Source: Candidatus Babelota bacterium
GTDB lineage: Bacteria; Babelota; Babeliae; Babelales; GCA-2401785
Assembly: GCA_016871815.1 (NCBI GenBank)
Contig: VHBT01000005.1
Coordinates: forward strand, 1-50,381
DNA: 50,381 bases
Direction of reading: 5' to 3'
The notes under the pieces are model-generated. The model worked only from the letters and a program-made list of their open reading frames with translations, was not told where the DNA came from and searched no databases. Made by a program: the position numbers and the translations under genes. Position 1 is the first letter of the stretch. Each line of letters begins with the position of its first letter. Shown here one piece after another: positions 24,358-33,307 of the stretch.

Positions 24358-26256
24358 ATTTTAAAAAAACACCTATTTTTATTTATTATCGCCAGCCTTG
24401 CAACTTTATTTTGTGCTGGATATCACAAAACAATAACAAATAAAACCGCCTCTAGAGATATCTACCCCGTGGTTATTATCGGGGGAGGAATTGGCGGACT
24501 CAGTGCAAGCATTTTTCTTGCCTCAAAAAATATTTCCTCTTTGGTGCTAGAGGGAGAACTGCCTGGAGGTCAACTTACACTTTCAAGTTCTGTGAGAAAT
24601 TGGCCAAGCATACCCGATCTTCCCGGCGAAGAAATTGTAAAACAAATAAGAAATCATGCAGAAAAGCTAAATGTAAGAATAATTTCTACAAACGCCTCCG
24701 AAATTTCCCGCCAAGGTGATTATTTTCATATCAGCTCACCCCAAGGCATATATAAAGCATTTAATGTTATTATCGCAACCGGAACAACCCCAAAAAAATT
24801 AAATATTCCGGGAGAAGATACCTTCTGGGGTAACGGCATCAGCGATTGTGCTATCTGCGATGGTGGATTATATCCCCAAAAAACAGTTGTAGTTGTTGGT
24901 GGTGGGCAATCCGCAATTGAAGAGGCTTTACACCTCAGCACGATCGCTAAAAAAGTTATTATTGTGGTGAGAAAATCAGCGCTCAAGTCTCACGAAGCGT
25001 CCCGTCTTGCATCACTAAAAAGCAAACCGAATATTGTGATTGTATACGATTCTATTGTTACCAGTGCACAAGGAATAGACTCAAAACTTAACTCAATCAC
25101 TACCTTGAATATAAAAACACAAGAACAGTCAACGCTTGCAGTTGATGGTCTTTTTTTAGCGATTGGCTCAACCCCCAACAGTAACCTGTTTAAAGATTTA
25201 GTCGAATGTGACTTGAATGGATTTATCAAAACAGGTCGTTATGGAAAAACATCCTGCAATGGAATTTTTGCTATCGGTGATGTTACCCACTCAAAATACC
25301 GACAGGCTATTATGGTTGCAGAACATGCAGCAATAACGGCAAACGCTCTTGCGGCCCAAATCGATAAATCAAAAAGCTTTTATGCATATTCTGAAGATAA
25401 TGCCACTATTTTAGCGCCACAAAAAATAGGGCCTCAAACAGCTAAAGCCGATTACCATGTAGTATTTGTAAATGCAAACGCAGCCTCATACACTGCAGCA
25501 ATCTACCTACAACACGCAGGTTACAAAACAGCAATCATTAAAACATCGCAACCAGCCAACCACAATATTATTTGGCCCGGAGATAATTCAGCAACTCAAA
25601 AAACTATTTTGAATTCGTTAGAAAAACACGCGCTTTCAGCAGGATCTAAACTTATAGAAGATACAGTTGTTAATGAAGACTACAGCGCATATCCGTATGC
25701 CTTAGAGTTAAAAAAAACAAGTAGCATGGTAACAAGTTATTGTCTTATTGACGCTGAAAACGGAGTGCCTTTTGATTCTGAAGGACTCCAAGAAGTTCAA
25801 TTATGCGGCGTTGGGGCACGAATTGGATTACAAATTAGTGAAAAACTTCAGGAATACCCTATCATTCCTACTAACCAAACTTTCGAAAAAACTTCCACCA
25901 ACGTTGAACAACCTAAAAAAATAACTCGACCAGCAACAATTCCCCATATAAAAACAATTAAAGAACTCAACACCATCCTAAAAGAAAATGATGCAGTCTT
26001 TATCGATTGCTATGCTCATTGGTGTCCACCCTGCAAAAGACTTAAACCACTGCTCGAAAAAATATATGCCGAAAATAGGTATCCTCAAGTGTATATTGCC
26101 TGCGTAGATGTTGACGAAGCTCAGGAAATTGCCGAAGAACTAGGCGTGCAAAGTCTTCCAACACTACTCAGCTTTAAGCGCTCTAAACTTACCGGTAAAT
26201 CACTTGGGTTTAAAAACGAGTCAGAACTCAGCCTGTTAATCGAAAAACTTTTATAA
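24343..26256 (+). CDS. trxB: Thioredoxin reductase / degenerate FAD-domain remnant / thioredoxin fusion with N-terminal hydrophobic export or anchor segment
   Basis: VVIIGGGIGGLSAS (FAD GxGxxG), redox CAICDG (nt 24847-24858), VVVVGGGQSAIEEA (NAD(P)H GxGxxA), GIFAIGDV. Middle part VVFVNANAASYTAAIY resembles a TrxR N-terminus with a ruined GxGxxG. C-terminal Trx fold has WCPPC (nt 26020-26034). N-terminus MRRFFILKKHLFLFIIASLATLF. Confidence 0.85.
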   Translation: MRRFFILKKHLFLFIIASLATLFCAGYHKTITNKTASRDIYPVVIIGGGIGGLSASIFLASKNISSLVLEGELPGGQLTLSSSVRNWPSIPDLPGEEIVKQIRNHAEKLNVRIISTNASEISRQGDYFHISSPQGIYKAFNVIIATGTTPKKLNIPGEDTFWGNGISDCAICDGGLYPQKTVVVVGGGQSAIEEALHLSTIAKKVIIVVRKSALKSHEASRLASLKSKPNIVIVYDSIVTSAQGIDSKLNSITTLNIKTQEQSTLAVDGLFLAIGSTPNSNLFKDLVECDLNGFIKTGRYGKTSCNGIFAIGDVTHSKYRQAIMVAEHAAITANALAAQIDKSKSFYAYSEDNATILAPQKIGPQTAKADYHVVFVNANAASYTAAIYLQHAGYKTAIIKTSQPANHNIIWPGDNSATQKTILNSLEKHALSAGSKLIEDTVVNEDYSAYPYALELKKTSSMVTSYCLIDAENGVPFDSEGLQEVQLCGVGARIGLQISEKLQEYPIIPTNQTFEKTSTNVEQPKKITRPATIPHIKTIKELNTILKENDAVFIDCYAHWCPPCKRLKPLLEKIYAENRYPQVYIACVDVDEAQEIAEELGVQSLPTLLSFKRSKLTGKSLGFKNESELSLLIEKLL

Positions 26257-26340
26257 AACCCTAGAAAACAAAAACTTTTTCGTTGTATACCAGATTCCGA
26301 ATACACCGCCAGGATTGCCTCTTAATTCCGGAGTCTTTTT

Positions 26341-27459
26341 ATGCAATTTCATTGTAAATATTTTCTGTTCACCATATCTCTTTTTTTCTGCACTTCATCT
26401 GCACCTATAATCGTTTGCGACCAGCTCATGACTCTATCACCCTCGACACTTAGATTTATTGTTCATCCAGCAGGCGAAGTTATTGCCGCTCAAGAAATAG
26501 CTGGCGACAGTACACAACTAACTTTTTTTCAATATGAACAAGCAACACCTGAAGGCCGATCTGCCGTGCTGAACAGATTATGCAGCGTTCCAGATGAATC
26601 CGCACAGGGAATTAATTGGGGTTGGACACACAGCAAACTATTATTTGCAACATCAAGCAATAGTGGAAAATTCTCTATCTACAAAATAGAACCAACAGAG
26701 GATAACTCTTCGGCAACCGCTATCAAAATCATCGAAGAGGAACAAGGCGAACAAGCAGTGTTAATCGCATGGAACAACAACAACGACATTATTGCTCTTG
26801 CAACAAGTACACACATTAAAATGTATGTTTTTGACGAAGAAAGCGAATTACCCCTTCGATGTGTTTTTTCAAAAAAACACGATCTTACAAACGTTAAATT
26901 TTTAGGATGGTCATCAAACGATTTATATTTAAGCCTTGGCAACAAAAAAACGTTGTTGTTATGGCAAACCAGAAATCAATCTGGCATTCTTAAATTAACC
27001 CCCTACATCAATAAAAGAATAGACCAAACCTTATCTCAAGCATCTGTTGGAGATATAAAAGACATCGCATGGGGAAAGAGCAGCTCTCAATCAATTGCAA
27101 TTCTGGGAAAAAAAATGATCGTTATTAACATTCCAGAATTAAACCCTGAGTTTCCAAGAATTATCCAAAATATCGCACCATCAGTTCTTTCATTTATAGC
27201 CTGGAACCAAACGCCTTCAAGCATGGGAGAGAAGCAAGAAGTTATTGCTACAACAAAAACTGGTATCGAATATCGCGTATATACGGTCACCGACAACAGC
27301 TTGTCTTACAACTCAACTCCTCATAGCCTTTTACCTCCAAGCTCGCCAGAAGAAAGTAATCCACTGCAACAATTTAGCACAGTACCAGCAACTACTCACA
27401 TTGTTGCAGATGCGACAGAAGTTGAACTGGTAAACAAATTAATAGCCGCAAAAAACTAA
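26341..27459 (+). CDS. Secreted WD40-like beta-propeller protein
   Basis: Signal peptide MQFHCKYFLFTISLFFCTSSA. At least five blade-like repeats of the pattern (I/V)xW-6/8-(L/I)A-x-6/8-(I/V)x(I/V)(Y/W/F), e.g. VLIAWNNNNDIIALATSTHIKMYVF and VKFLGWSSNDLYLSLGNKKTLLLWQ. Confidence 0.6.
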   Translation: MQFHCKYFLFTISLFFCTSSAPIIVCDQLMTLSPSTLRFIVHPAGEVIAAQEIAGDSTQLTFFQYEQATPEGRSAVLNRLCSVPDESAQGINWGWTHSKLLFATSSNSGKFSIYKIEPTEDNSSATAIKIIEEEQGEQAVLIAWNNNNDIIALATSTHIKMYVFDEESELPLRCVFSKKHDLTNVKFLGWSSNDLYLSLGNKKTLLLWQTRNQSGILKLTPYINKRIDQTLSQASVGDIKDIAWGKSSSQSIAILGKKMIVINIPELNPEFPRIIQNIAPSVLSFIAWNQTPSSMGEKQEVIATTKTGIEYRVYTVTDNSLSYNSTPHSLLPPSSPEESNPLQQFSTVPATTHIVADATEVELVNKLIAAKN

Positions 27460-28079
27460 TCTTGCAGCTCATTTTTAATTTTTTTAACTGTTTCTCGAGC
27501 GTCAGTAGCATTCAAAACCAAATTACTTACAATAACGCCCGCAGGATTCATGTTCTTGATTCTTGATAAAGAATCAAAGGTTAAGTTGCCCGAAACGTAA
27601 ATGGGAAGCGATGTATTTCCCTGGACATTCTCCCAGCGCTCAGATGGACTGTCTGCTGCGTCTTTTACTAATGGATTTTTATATATAATTGAATCCACAT
27701 CAAGCATCTTTGCATCAAATACTCCTTGCTCTGGAGAAGTGCATGCGCTCAAGTCAAGCGCAACCAAAAGGTTATTCTGATGTGCAGCATACGCAAACTG
27801 CTGAATCATTTTATTGCTAATCCCAGCAAGAATACTTATTTGTTTCACTCGCAGCGAGGCAAAAAAATCAATATTTTGGCTATAACTATCAGTCAACTTG
27901 GTATCTAAGGAAATATCCTTATCCGGAAACAATTCTCTAAATTTAAAAACCGCTTCTTTACCATTACTCAGAAGCAATAAATTCCCCAAATAAATCTCAT
28001 CAACAAATTCTACTGTTTTTTCTGCTATTTTTAATGCTTCGTCCAGACTTGCAAGGTTGTAAGAAATACAAAATTTCAC
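27456..28079 (-). CDS. OMP-decarboxylase-fold protein, 3-hexulose-6-phosphate synthase / KGPDC-like
   Basis: ALKIAEKTVEFVDEIYLGN, SLDTKLTDS (DxKxxD) and C-terminal VSGNLT...AGVIVSNLV match the HPS/KGPDC layout. Some metal or catalytic positions look substituted. The stop overlaps the convergent WD40 gene stop. Confidence 0.5.
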   Translation of the reverse strand: MKFCISYNLASLDEALKIAEKTVEFVDEIYLGNLLLLSNGKEAVFKFRELFPDKDISLDTKLTDSYSQNIDFFASLRVKQISILAGISNKMIQQFAYAAHQNNLLVALDLSACTSPEQGVFDAKMLDVDSIIYKNPLVKDAADSPSERWENVQGNTSLPIYVSGNLTFDSLSRIKNMNPAGVIVSNLVLNATDARETVKKIKNELQD

Positions 28080-28104
28080 AAAAACCCCTTTTTAAAAAAG
28101 TTAT

Positions 28105-28971
28105 TTACTGATTTGTTATTCCAACCTGTTCAATAGTTCCCTTCTTGTCTTTTGTAACCACAGATTGAACATTGATGCGTTCAAAAAAATTCAATTGATG
28201 CTGATTATTAAGTAAGATTTCATCGTTAAACTTTTTCCCAATTAAATACATATCAGGCAACAACAAGTGAGGTTTGACCATTTCAACAAATAGCCCTTTG
28301 GGAATGTAGATATTTTTAGGATTAACCAAGACAATTACCGCATCGGTCGGAAGCCTTGAATCCATACCAACCGAAGACGGAGTAACTTCCCATCGTCCCA
28401 TTACAACACCACCCGAATCCCCTTTTTTATCTGTCTTATCCGAAGTTTTTATTTCATTGTCCTCTTCTAGCGGTTTTTGGGTAAAAATGTATTTTTGAGG
28501 AAGCATTTCCTGGGGATACGCCTGCTCATTCATAGCTTTTTGGCTAATAAAAATTCCCGACAGCGTTTCTTTATATAAACGCTCTAAGTCGATATTTGGT
28601 GTAAAAATAACGGTAACTTGGTCTCCTGCATGCCGTAATGGAAAATTAATAAGACCATTTTCATCAGAAAAAGCAGAATAACCTCCGTACAAAGCCATTA
28701 ATCCAGAAGATGATTTTGGGAAATTATCCATAGGCACCAAGCCCTTAACCATTTTTTTTGCAAATTTATCGGGTGGCATACTGCCAAATTTATCAATTTT
28801 TTTAGCAATTTTTTGGTTCACATCCTCAGCAGGATCAACCCCCAAAACGACTTGCGGATCCGGAACAATTATCGAAAGAACCAACAGACGAGTATCATCA
28901 GCCCCAAGAAAATAAGACACGAAAAAGAGCACTACGGGGAAGTAAAACAACTTTTTTGCATAATTCTGCAC
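28105..28971 (-). CDS. Hypothetical exported or membrane-anchored protein (288 aa)
   Basis: N-terminal hydrophobic segment LFYFPVVLFFVSYFLGA. No recognised motif. 25 nt upstream of the HPS-like gene, probably in the same operon. Confidence 0.6.
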   Translation of the reverse strand: MQNYAKKLFYFPVVLFFVSYFLGADDTRLLVLSIIVPDPQVVLGVDPAEDVNQKIAKKIDKFGSMPPDKFAKKMVKGLVPMDNFPKSSSGLMALYGGYSAFSDENGLINFPLRHAGDQVTVIFTPNIDLERLYKETLSGIFISQKAMNEQAYPQEMLPQKYIFTQKPLEEDNEIKTSDKTDKKGDSGGVVMGRWEVTPSSVGMDSRLPTDAVIVLVNPKNIYIPKGLFVEMVKPHLLLPDMYLIGKKFNDEILLNNQHQLNFFERINVQSVVTKDKKGTIEQVGITNQ

Positions 28972-29092
28972 CCAAGACCCCTCCCAGATTTTACCGAAAT
29001 AGAAACATACGTTAATCTTACAATGTTCGATACTTTTGAAACCAGAATCTCATCCAGAGATCAAAATAAATTTGTTTTTTAACAGGAAAAAA

Positions 29093-29728
29093 ATGCAAAA
29101 AATAAGACAAAAACCCGCAGAGCGCGTTTGGGCAGACTTTGCCAAGGACGAGCAACTTACCCCAGAGCAACTTGAAAAATTCCAAACATACGCAAGTCTT
29201 TTGCTTGAATGGAATGAACTTTCAAACCTCACCGCCTTAAAAGACCTTTCAGGAGTTGTAAATCAACATTTTATTGATTCAATGAGCCTTAGAAAAAAAT
29301 TTGATTTAACATCAATTTCAAGCATTTGCGATATTGGCTCAGGAGCAGGATTTCCAGGTCTCCCGTTAAAAATTATGTTTCCACACCTAACTACATTTCT
29401 CATCGAAGTAAATGGCAAAAAAAGAGCTTTTTTAGAACATGTTATACAAACACTTGGGCTAGAAAACGTCATTATTATCGACCTTGATTGGCGCTCTTTT
29501 CTTCGTTCGACTGAAGAACAAGTCGATCTTTTTGTCACAAAAGCCGCACTTCACGAAGAAGAACTGATCAGAATGTTTAGACAAAACTGCCACTACAAAA
29601 CATCGCAACTTATTTATTGGGCATCTGTTGAATGGGAAATGGATCCTAAGGCAGAACCTTACATAAAAGAAATTTTACCGTACACTTTTAAACGAAAAGA
29701 ACGTCGCTTTATTAGAATGAGCCTGTAA
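29093..29728 (+). CDS. rsmG: 16S rRNA (guanine527-N7)-methyltransferase RsmG (GidB)
   Basis: LLLEWNELSNLTA, HFIDSMSL and the SAM motif ICDIGSGAGFPGLPLKI, followed by LIEVNGKKRAFL. I prefer the ATG at 29093 over the track TTG at 29036. Confidence 0.88.
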   Translation: MQKIRQKPAERVWADFAKDEQLTPEQLEKFQTYASLLLEWNELSNLTALKDLSGVVNQHFIDSMSLRKKFDLTSISSICDIGSGAGFPGLPLKIMFPHLTTFLIEVNGKKRAFLEHVIQTLGLENVIIIDLDWRSFLRSTEEQVDLFVTKAALHEEELIRMFRQNCHYKTSQLIYWASVEWEMDPKAEPYIKEILPYTFKRKERRFIRMSL

Positions 29729-29732
29729 AACC

Positions 29733-30737
29733 ATGTCTGAAAAGAAAATAATTTTAACGGGAGACCGTCCAACAGGAAAACTCCACCTGGGACACTTTGT
29801 AGGATCTTTGCAAAATCGAGTAAAACTACAATCAACTCATAAACAATTTGTTATGATTGCAGACCAACAAGCTCTCACCGACAATGCAGATAATCCTCAA
29901 AAAATTATAAATGCTATTTTTGAAGTCTTACTCGATTACCTGTCTGTCGGGATTGACCCCAAGCAAACAACCATTTTCGCGCAATCGGGCATTCCTCAGA
30001 TATCAGAACTCGCATTTTACTACCTCAACCTTGTAACCGTTGCTCGACTTTCAAGAAACCCAACAATTAAAGATGAAATTCGTCAAAGAGGCTTTGAAGA
30101 ATCTATTCCTGCTGGTTTTTTGGTATATCCAGTGCACCAAGCCGCAGATATCACCATCGTAAATGCTCAACTTGTTCCAGTGGGTGCAGACCAACTCCCA
30201 ATGATTGAACAAACCAATGAAATTGTACGATCTTTTAACCGAATTTATGGAGAAACTTTTAACGAAGTGGAAGCCTTAATTCCAGAAAAATGCAACAGGC
30301 TTATGGGAACCGACGGACAAGAAAAAATGGGTAAATCACTAGGAAATGCTATCTATCTTGCCGATGATGCAGACACGGTGTATAAAAAAGTTATGGGAAT
30401 GTACACAGATCCTAACCATCTTAGAGCGAGTGATCCAGGAAAAGTTGAAGGAAACCCTGTTTTTACCTACCTTGATGTCTTTGGTTCAGATCTTGTAAAA
30501 ATTCAAGAAATGAAGGACCACTACACTAGAGGTGGATTGGGCGATGTTATTGTAAAAAAATATCTTAATGAAGTTTTACAAGCTTTCCTTGAGCCCATTC
30601 GTGCTAGACGCGCAGAAGTCAACGGCAACCAAGACTACCTGCATCAAATACTCAAACAAGGAACTCAAGACGTTAGAACAATCGCCGAACAAACTATCAA
30701 AAAAGTAAAAACCAGAATTGGTCTTACCTACATTTAA
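29733..30737 (+). CDS. trpS: Tryptophan--tRNA ligase
   Basis: Class I signatures GDRPTGKLHLGHFVG (HIGH) and KMGKSLGN (KMSKS). VPVGADQLPMIE. Length 334 aa. Confidence 0.95.
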   Translation: MSEKKIILTGDRPTGKLHLGHFVGSLQNRVKLQSTHKQFVMIADQQALTDNADNPQKIINAIFEVLLDYLSVGIDPKQTTIFAQSGIPQISELAFYYLNLVTVARLSRNPTIKDEIRQRGFEESIPAGFLVYPVHQAADITIVNAQLVPVGADQLPMIEQTNEIVRSFNRIYGETFNEVEALIPEKCNRLMGTDGQEKMGKSLGNAIYLADDADTVYKKVMGMYTDPNHLRASDPGKVEGNPVFTYLDVFGSDLVKIQEMKDHYTRGGLGDVIVKKYLNEVLQAFLEPIRARRAEVNGNQDYLHQILKQGTQDVRTIAEQTIKKVKTRIGLTYI

Positions 30738-30742
30738 AATAG

Positions 30743-31546
30743 ATGAATCAACAAGAATTTATTTCTAAAATTTGGAATTTTTATCGCGCCAACAAACGTC
30801 ATTTTGCATGGCGCGATAACCCAACACCATATTACGTTTTTGTTTCTGAAGTAATGCTCCAGCAAACACAAACATTCCGAATCATAGATAAGTTTGAGCT
30901 CTTTATTTCTCACTTTCCCGATTTTAATACCCTTGCCCAAGCACCATTTGTAGATGTACTACGTTGTTGGAAAGGACTTGGATACAACCGCCGTGCAAAA
31001 TTTATCCAACAAGCAGCACAAATTATTTGCACAAAACACGATGGCGTTCTTCCAAGCCTACCTGAAGAGCTCGTGAAATTACCCGGAATTGGTCCTGCAA
31101 CAGCCTGTTCAATTCCCACATTTGCATTCAACAAACCAACCGTTTTTATCGAAACCAATATTCGTGCGGTATTCATTCATGAGTACTTCCCTTCACAAGA
31201 AAATATTACAGACGCTCAACTCATGCCCCTAATCCAAAGCACTGTTGATATCAAAAATCCACGCGATTGGTATTACGCCTTGATGGACTACGGTGTATTT
31301 CTCAAAAAAAATCACAAAAATCCATCCCGTAAAAGCAAACACCACGTAAAACAGTCAAAATTCGAAGGATCAAACAGACAACTACGTGGAAAAATACTAG
31401 AACAGTTACTCTTATTTAAGAAATGCACAGCACATGAACTTGCTGGAGTTTGCGCATCCACAGAAGACAAAATTGACTCAATAACCCAAGATCTCATTAA
31501 TGAAAACCTCATAGAATTTGACAACAACTCCTTTAGAATTAAATAA
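30743..31546 (+). CDS. mutY: MutY-family HhH-GPD DNA glycosylase, short form without Fe-S cysteines
   Basis: PYYVFVSEVMLQQTQ, GLGYNRRAKFIQQAA and the HhH LPGIGPATACSI. No Cys-x6-Cys-x2-Cys-x5-Cys cluster after the core. The C-terminal part looks like a small winged helix rather than a NUDIX-like domain. Confidence 0.7.
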   Translation: MNQQEFISKIWNFYRANKRHFAWRDNPTPYYVFVSEVMLQQTQTFRIIDKFELFISHFPDFNTLAQAPFVDVLRCWKGLGYNRRAKFIQQAAQIICTKHDGVLPSLPEELVKLPGIGPATACSIPTFAFNKPTVFIETNIRAVFIHEYFPSQENITDAQLMPLIQSTVDIKNPRDWYYALMDYGVFLKKNHKNPSRKSKHHVKQSKFEGSNRQLRGKILEQLLLFKKCTAHELAGVCASTEDKIDSITQDLINENLIEFDNNSFRIK

Positions 31547-31599
31547 CTAAAAGGCCAATGGCCAATTTAACCACAAGATTTCACATTGTAACAAAAAGC

Positions 31600-31608
31600 G
31601 GGGGGGGG
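31600..31608. repeat. G9 homopolymer in an intergenic region
   Basis: Nine consecutive G (31600-31608) in an otherwise AT-rich spacer, about 90-130 nt upstream of the candidate starts of the next gene. Confidence 0.9.
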
Positions 31609-31697
31609 AAGCTATTTTTTAACGTTTTGAACGTTTTGGTAGATTCACAAGCTAAATTTTTTAACAAAATCTTTTTTTGAATACTATTATAGTATCT

Positions 31698-32762
31698 ATG
31701 TTTATTCGAGTATTACGAAAACCCAAATTTATGAATATTAAAATAGCAGCCCTCTTTCTGATGAACTGCCTAGCTCTTGTCGCAGAATCATCAATTAATA
31801 AAAACCCTCAAGACAATGAAGAACTACTAACAATTCACACACCAAATAAGCTTCAAAAAAGCCTTACATCATGGTTTGGCGTACCAACAAATCAGCTAAC
31901 ACCCAAGAATTTAAGCATAGCTGCTCTTCCCCTCCTTCTTGATCGAATCGAAACAAGCTATCTAAGTAGAATTAGTCGATTTGAAAAATCTCATTACGCT
32001 ATACTAAGTGGTCTTTTTATTGCCAAAAAATTCCTAAAAATAAACCGCCCCTCAGCAATCCCCAAACTCATATCCCTGCTCGCAGAACCAACCCCAATCT
32101 TGCTTTTTTGCCAATACCTTAAAAACGAATCTCTTAAGAATGCGCTTTTATTTTTCTGTACATCTTTAAACCTTTACATTATTTTACAAGACATGATTAG
32201 CAGATATCGCATCACCAAAATAATTAATGAACTTGAAATTGGAACCTACAGCCGCCAAATCCCCCCAAACATGGTCGACAAAAAATACTTTATACTCGAC
32301 TCTCAGACAAATAATTGTATAAAAAAACACCGCGTTTTGCTTCAAGTTATTCATACATTTCTAGGTAGACTTAATGAAAGATTCCCTAATGACTACTATT
32401 TTTCAATATTCCAACTTAACAATTACATCGAAAAATTTTCTAACAAAACTGATTGCTTTTCATCATACAACGATCTGATTGCAAAAACCCTCCTAGGTCA
32501 TGAAAAGAATTCTTGGCATGGTAATTACAAAACAACAACGCTGGCAACTACCACTTCATACATTCCATTGACACTTCCCGTCACGCAAAGACTTTTTATT
32601 CTCAAGAATGACGCCAAGGAACAACTTTCAACTGCCGAATACAAAACACTTAAAGGCCTATGCTACGATGATTATTTATTTTCGACAAACAAAATGCTTC
32701 AAATCACCCACGCAAAACAAATATTTGCTAACACCTATAACAGGCTAATCAGACTCCCATAG
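31698..32762 (+). CDS. Hypothetical exported or membrane protein
   Basis: The ORF is open from TTG 31677. Candidate ATG starts are at 31698 and 31731; the latter gives signal peptide MNIKIAALFLMNCLALVAESS. No recognised domain. Confidence 0.6.
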   Translation: MFIRVLRKPKFMNIKIAALFLMNCLALVAESSINKNPQDNEELLTIHTPNKLQKSLTSWFGVPTNQLTPKNLSIAALPLLLDRIETSYLSRISRFEKSHYAILSGLFIAKKFLKINRPSAIPKLISLLAEPTPILLFCQYLKNESLKNALLFFCTSLNLYIILQDMISRYRITKIINELEIGTYSRQIPPNMVDKKYFILDSQTNNCIKKHRVLLQVIHTFLGRLNERFPNDYYFSIFQLNNYIEKFSNKTDCFSSYNDLIAKTLLGHEKNSWHGNYKTTTLATTTSYIPLTLPVTQRLFILKNDAKEQLSTAEYKTLKGLCYDDYLFSTNKMLQITHAKQIFANTYNRLIRLP

Positions 32763-32784
32763 GAAATCTATTAAGAGCGTCAAA

Positions 32785-32934
32785 ATGAACAGAATAAACT
32801 GGTGCATCGAAGAAGCAGATCAAGATAAAAAACAACTAATGAAACCAGCAGATGGCACTCCATTTAATGATGAAGAACTCGCTGAATTAAAAGCATTTCT
32901 CTCTGGACTTAGACAAAATCTTATGCATTTATAA
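32785..32934 (+). CDS. Possible small ORF (49 aa), absent from the track because it is under 60 aa
   Basis: ATG 32785 to TAA 32932-32934 translates to MNRINWCIEEADQDKKQLMKPADGTPFNDEELAELKAFLSGLRQNLMHL. Weak AAGAG lies upstream. It fills an otherwise empty gap. Confidence 0.3.
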   Translation: MNRINWCIEEADQDKKQLMKPADGTPFNDEELAELKAFLSGLRQNLMHL

Positions 32935-32941
32935 AAAATAG

Positions 32942-33184
32942 TTATCTCACTGGTGGTGGACCACGACGCTCAACTTCATCTTCCGTAAGAACCTGACCCG
33001 CCGGTGTTTGAAATACAAATTCATCCGGGCGGATTACACGAGGAGGAGTTACCGGAGGAGTTGCCGGATTTGGAGCTCCTCTGCGCCCAGGAGTATCAGG
33101 GGAAAAAACAAAAGCCGCTGAAAAGAATAATCCAAATAACGTTATTTTTTTTAAAAACATAAATTCTTTAGGCATAAAAAACAA
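32942..33184 (-). CDS. Small secreted proline-rich protein
   Basis: Hydrophobic N-terminus ITLFGLFFSAAFVFS, then PDTPGRRGAPNPATPPVTPPRVIRP ... RRGPPPVR. Confidence 0.5.
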   Translation of the reverse strand: MFFMPKEFMFLKKITLFGLFFSAAFVFSPDTPGRRGAPNPATPPVTPPRVIRPDEFVFQTPAGQVLTEDEVERRGPPPVR

Positions 33185-33307
33185 TAATTAAACCGCATGA
33201 AGTAACGCAAATTTAATGCTACTTTATAAAAATGGGTACCATTAAATAGTACAAAATAAAAATTTCAAATCGCAATCATTAACGAAAAATAAAAAATTCT
33301 TGACCCC

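Noticed and set aside
31577-31592. Direct repeat GGCCAAT GGCCAAT after the mutY-like gene
   Set aside because: It is only two copies of a 7-mer, with no stem or T-run, so it is too short to interpret.
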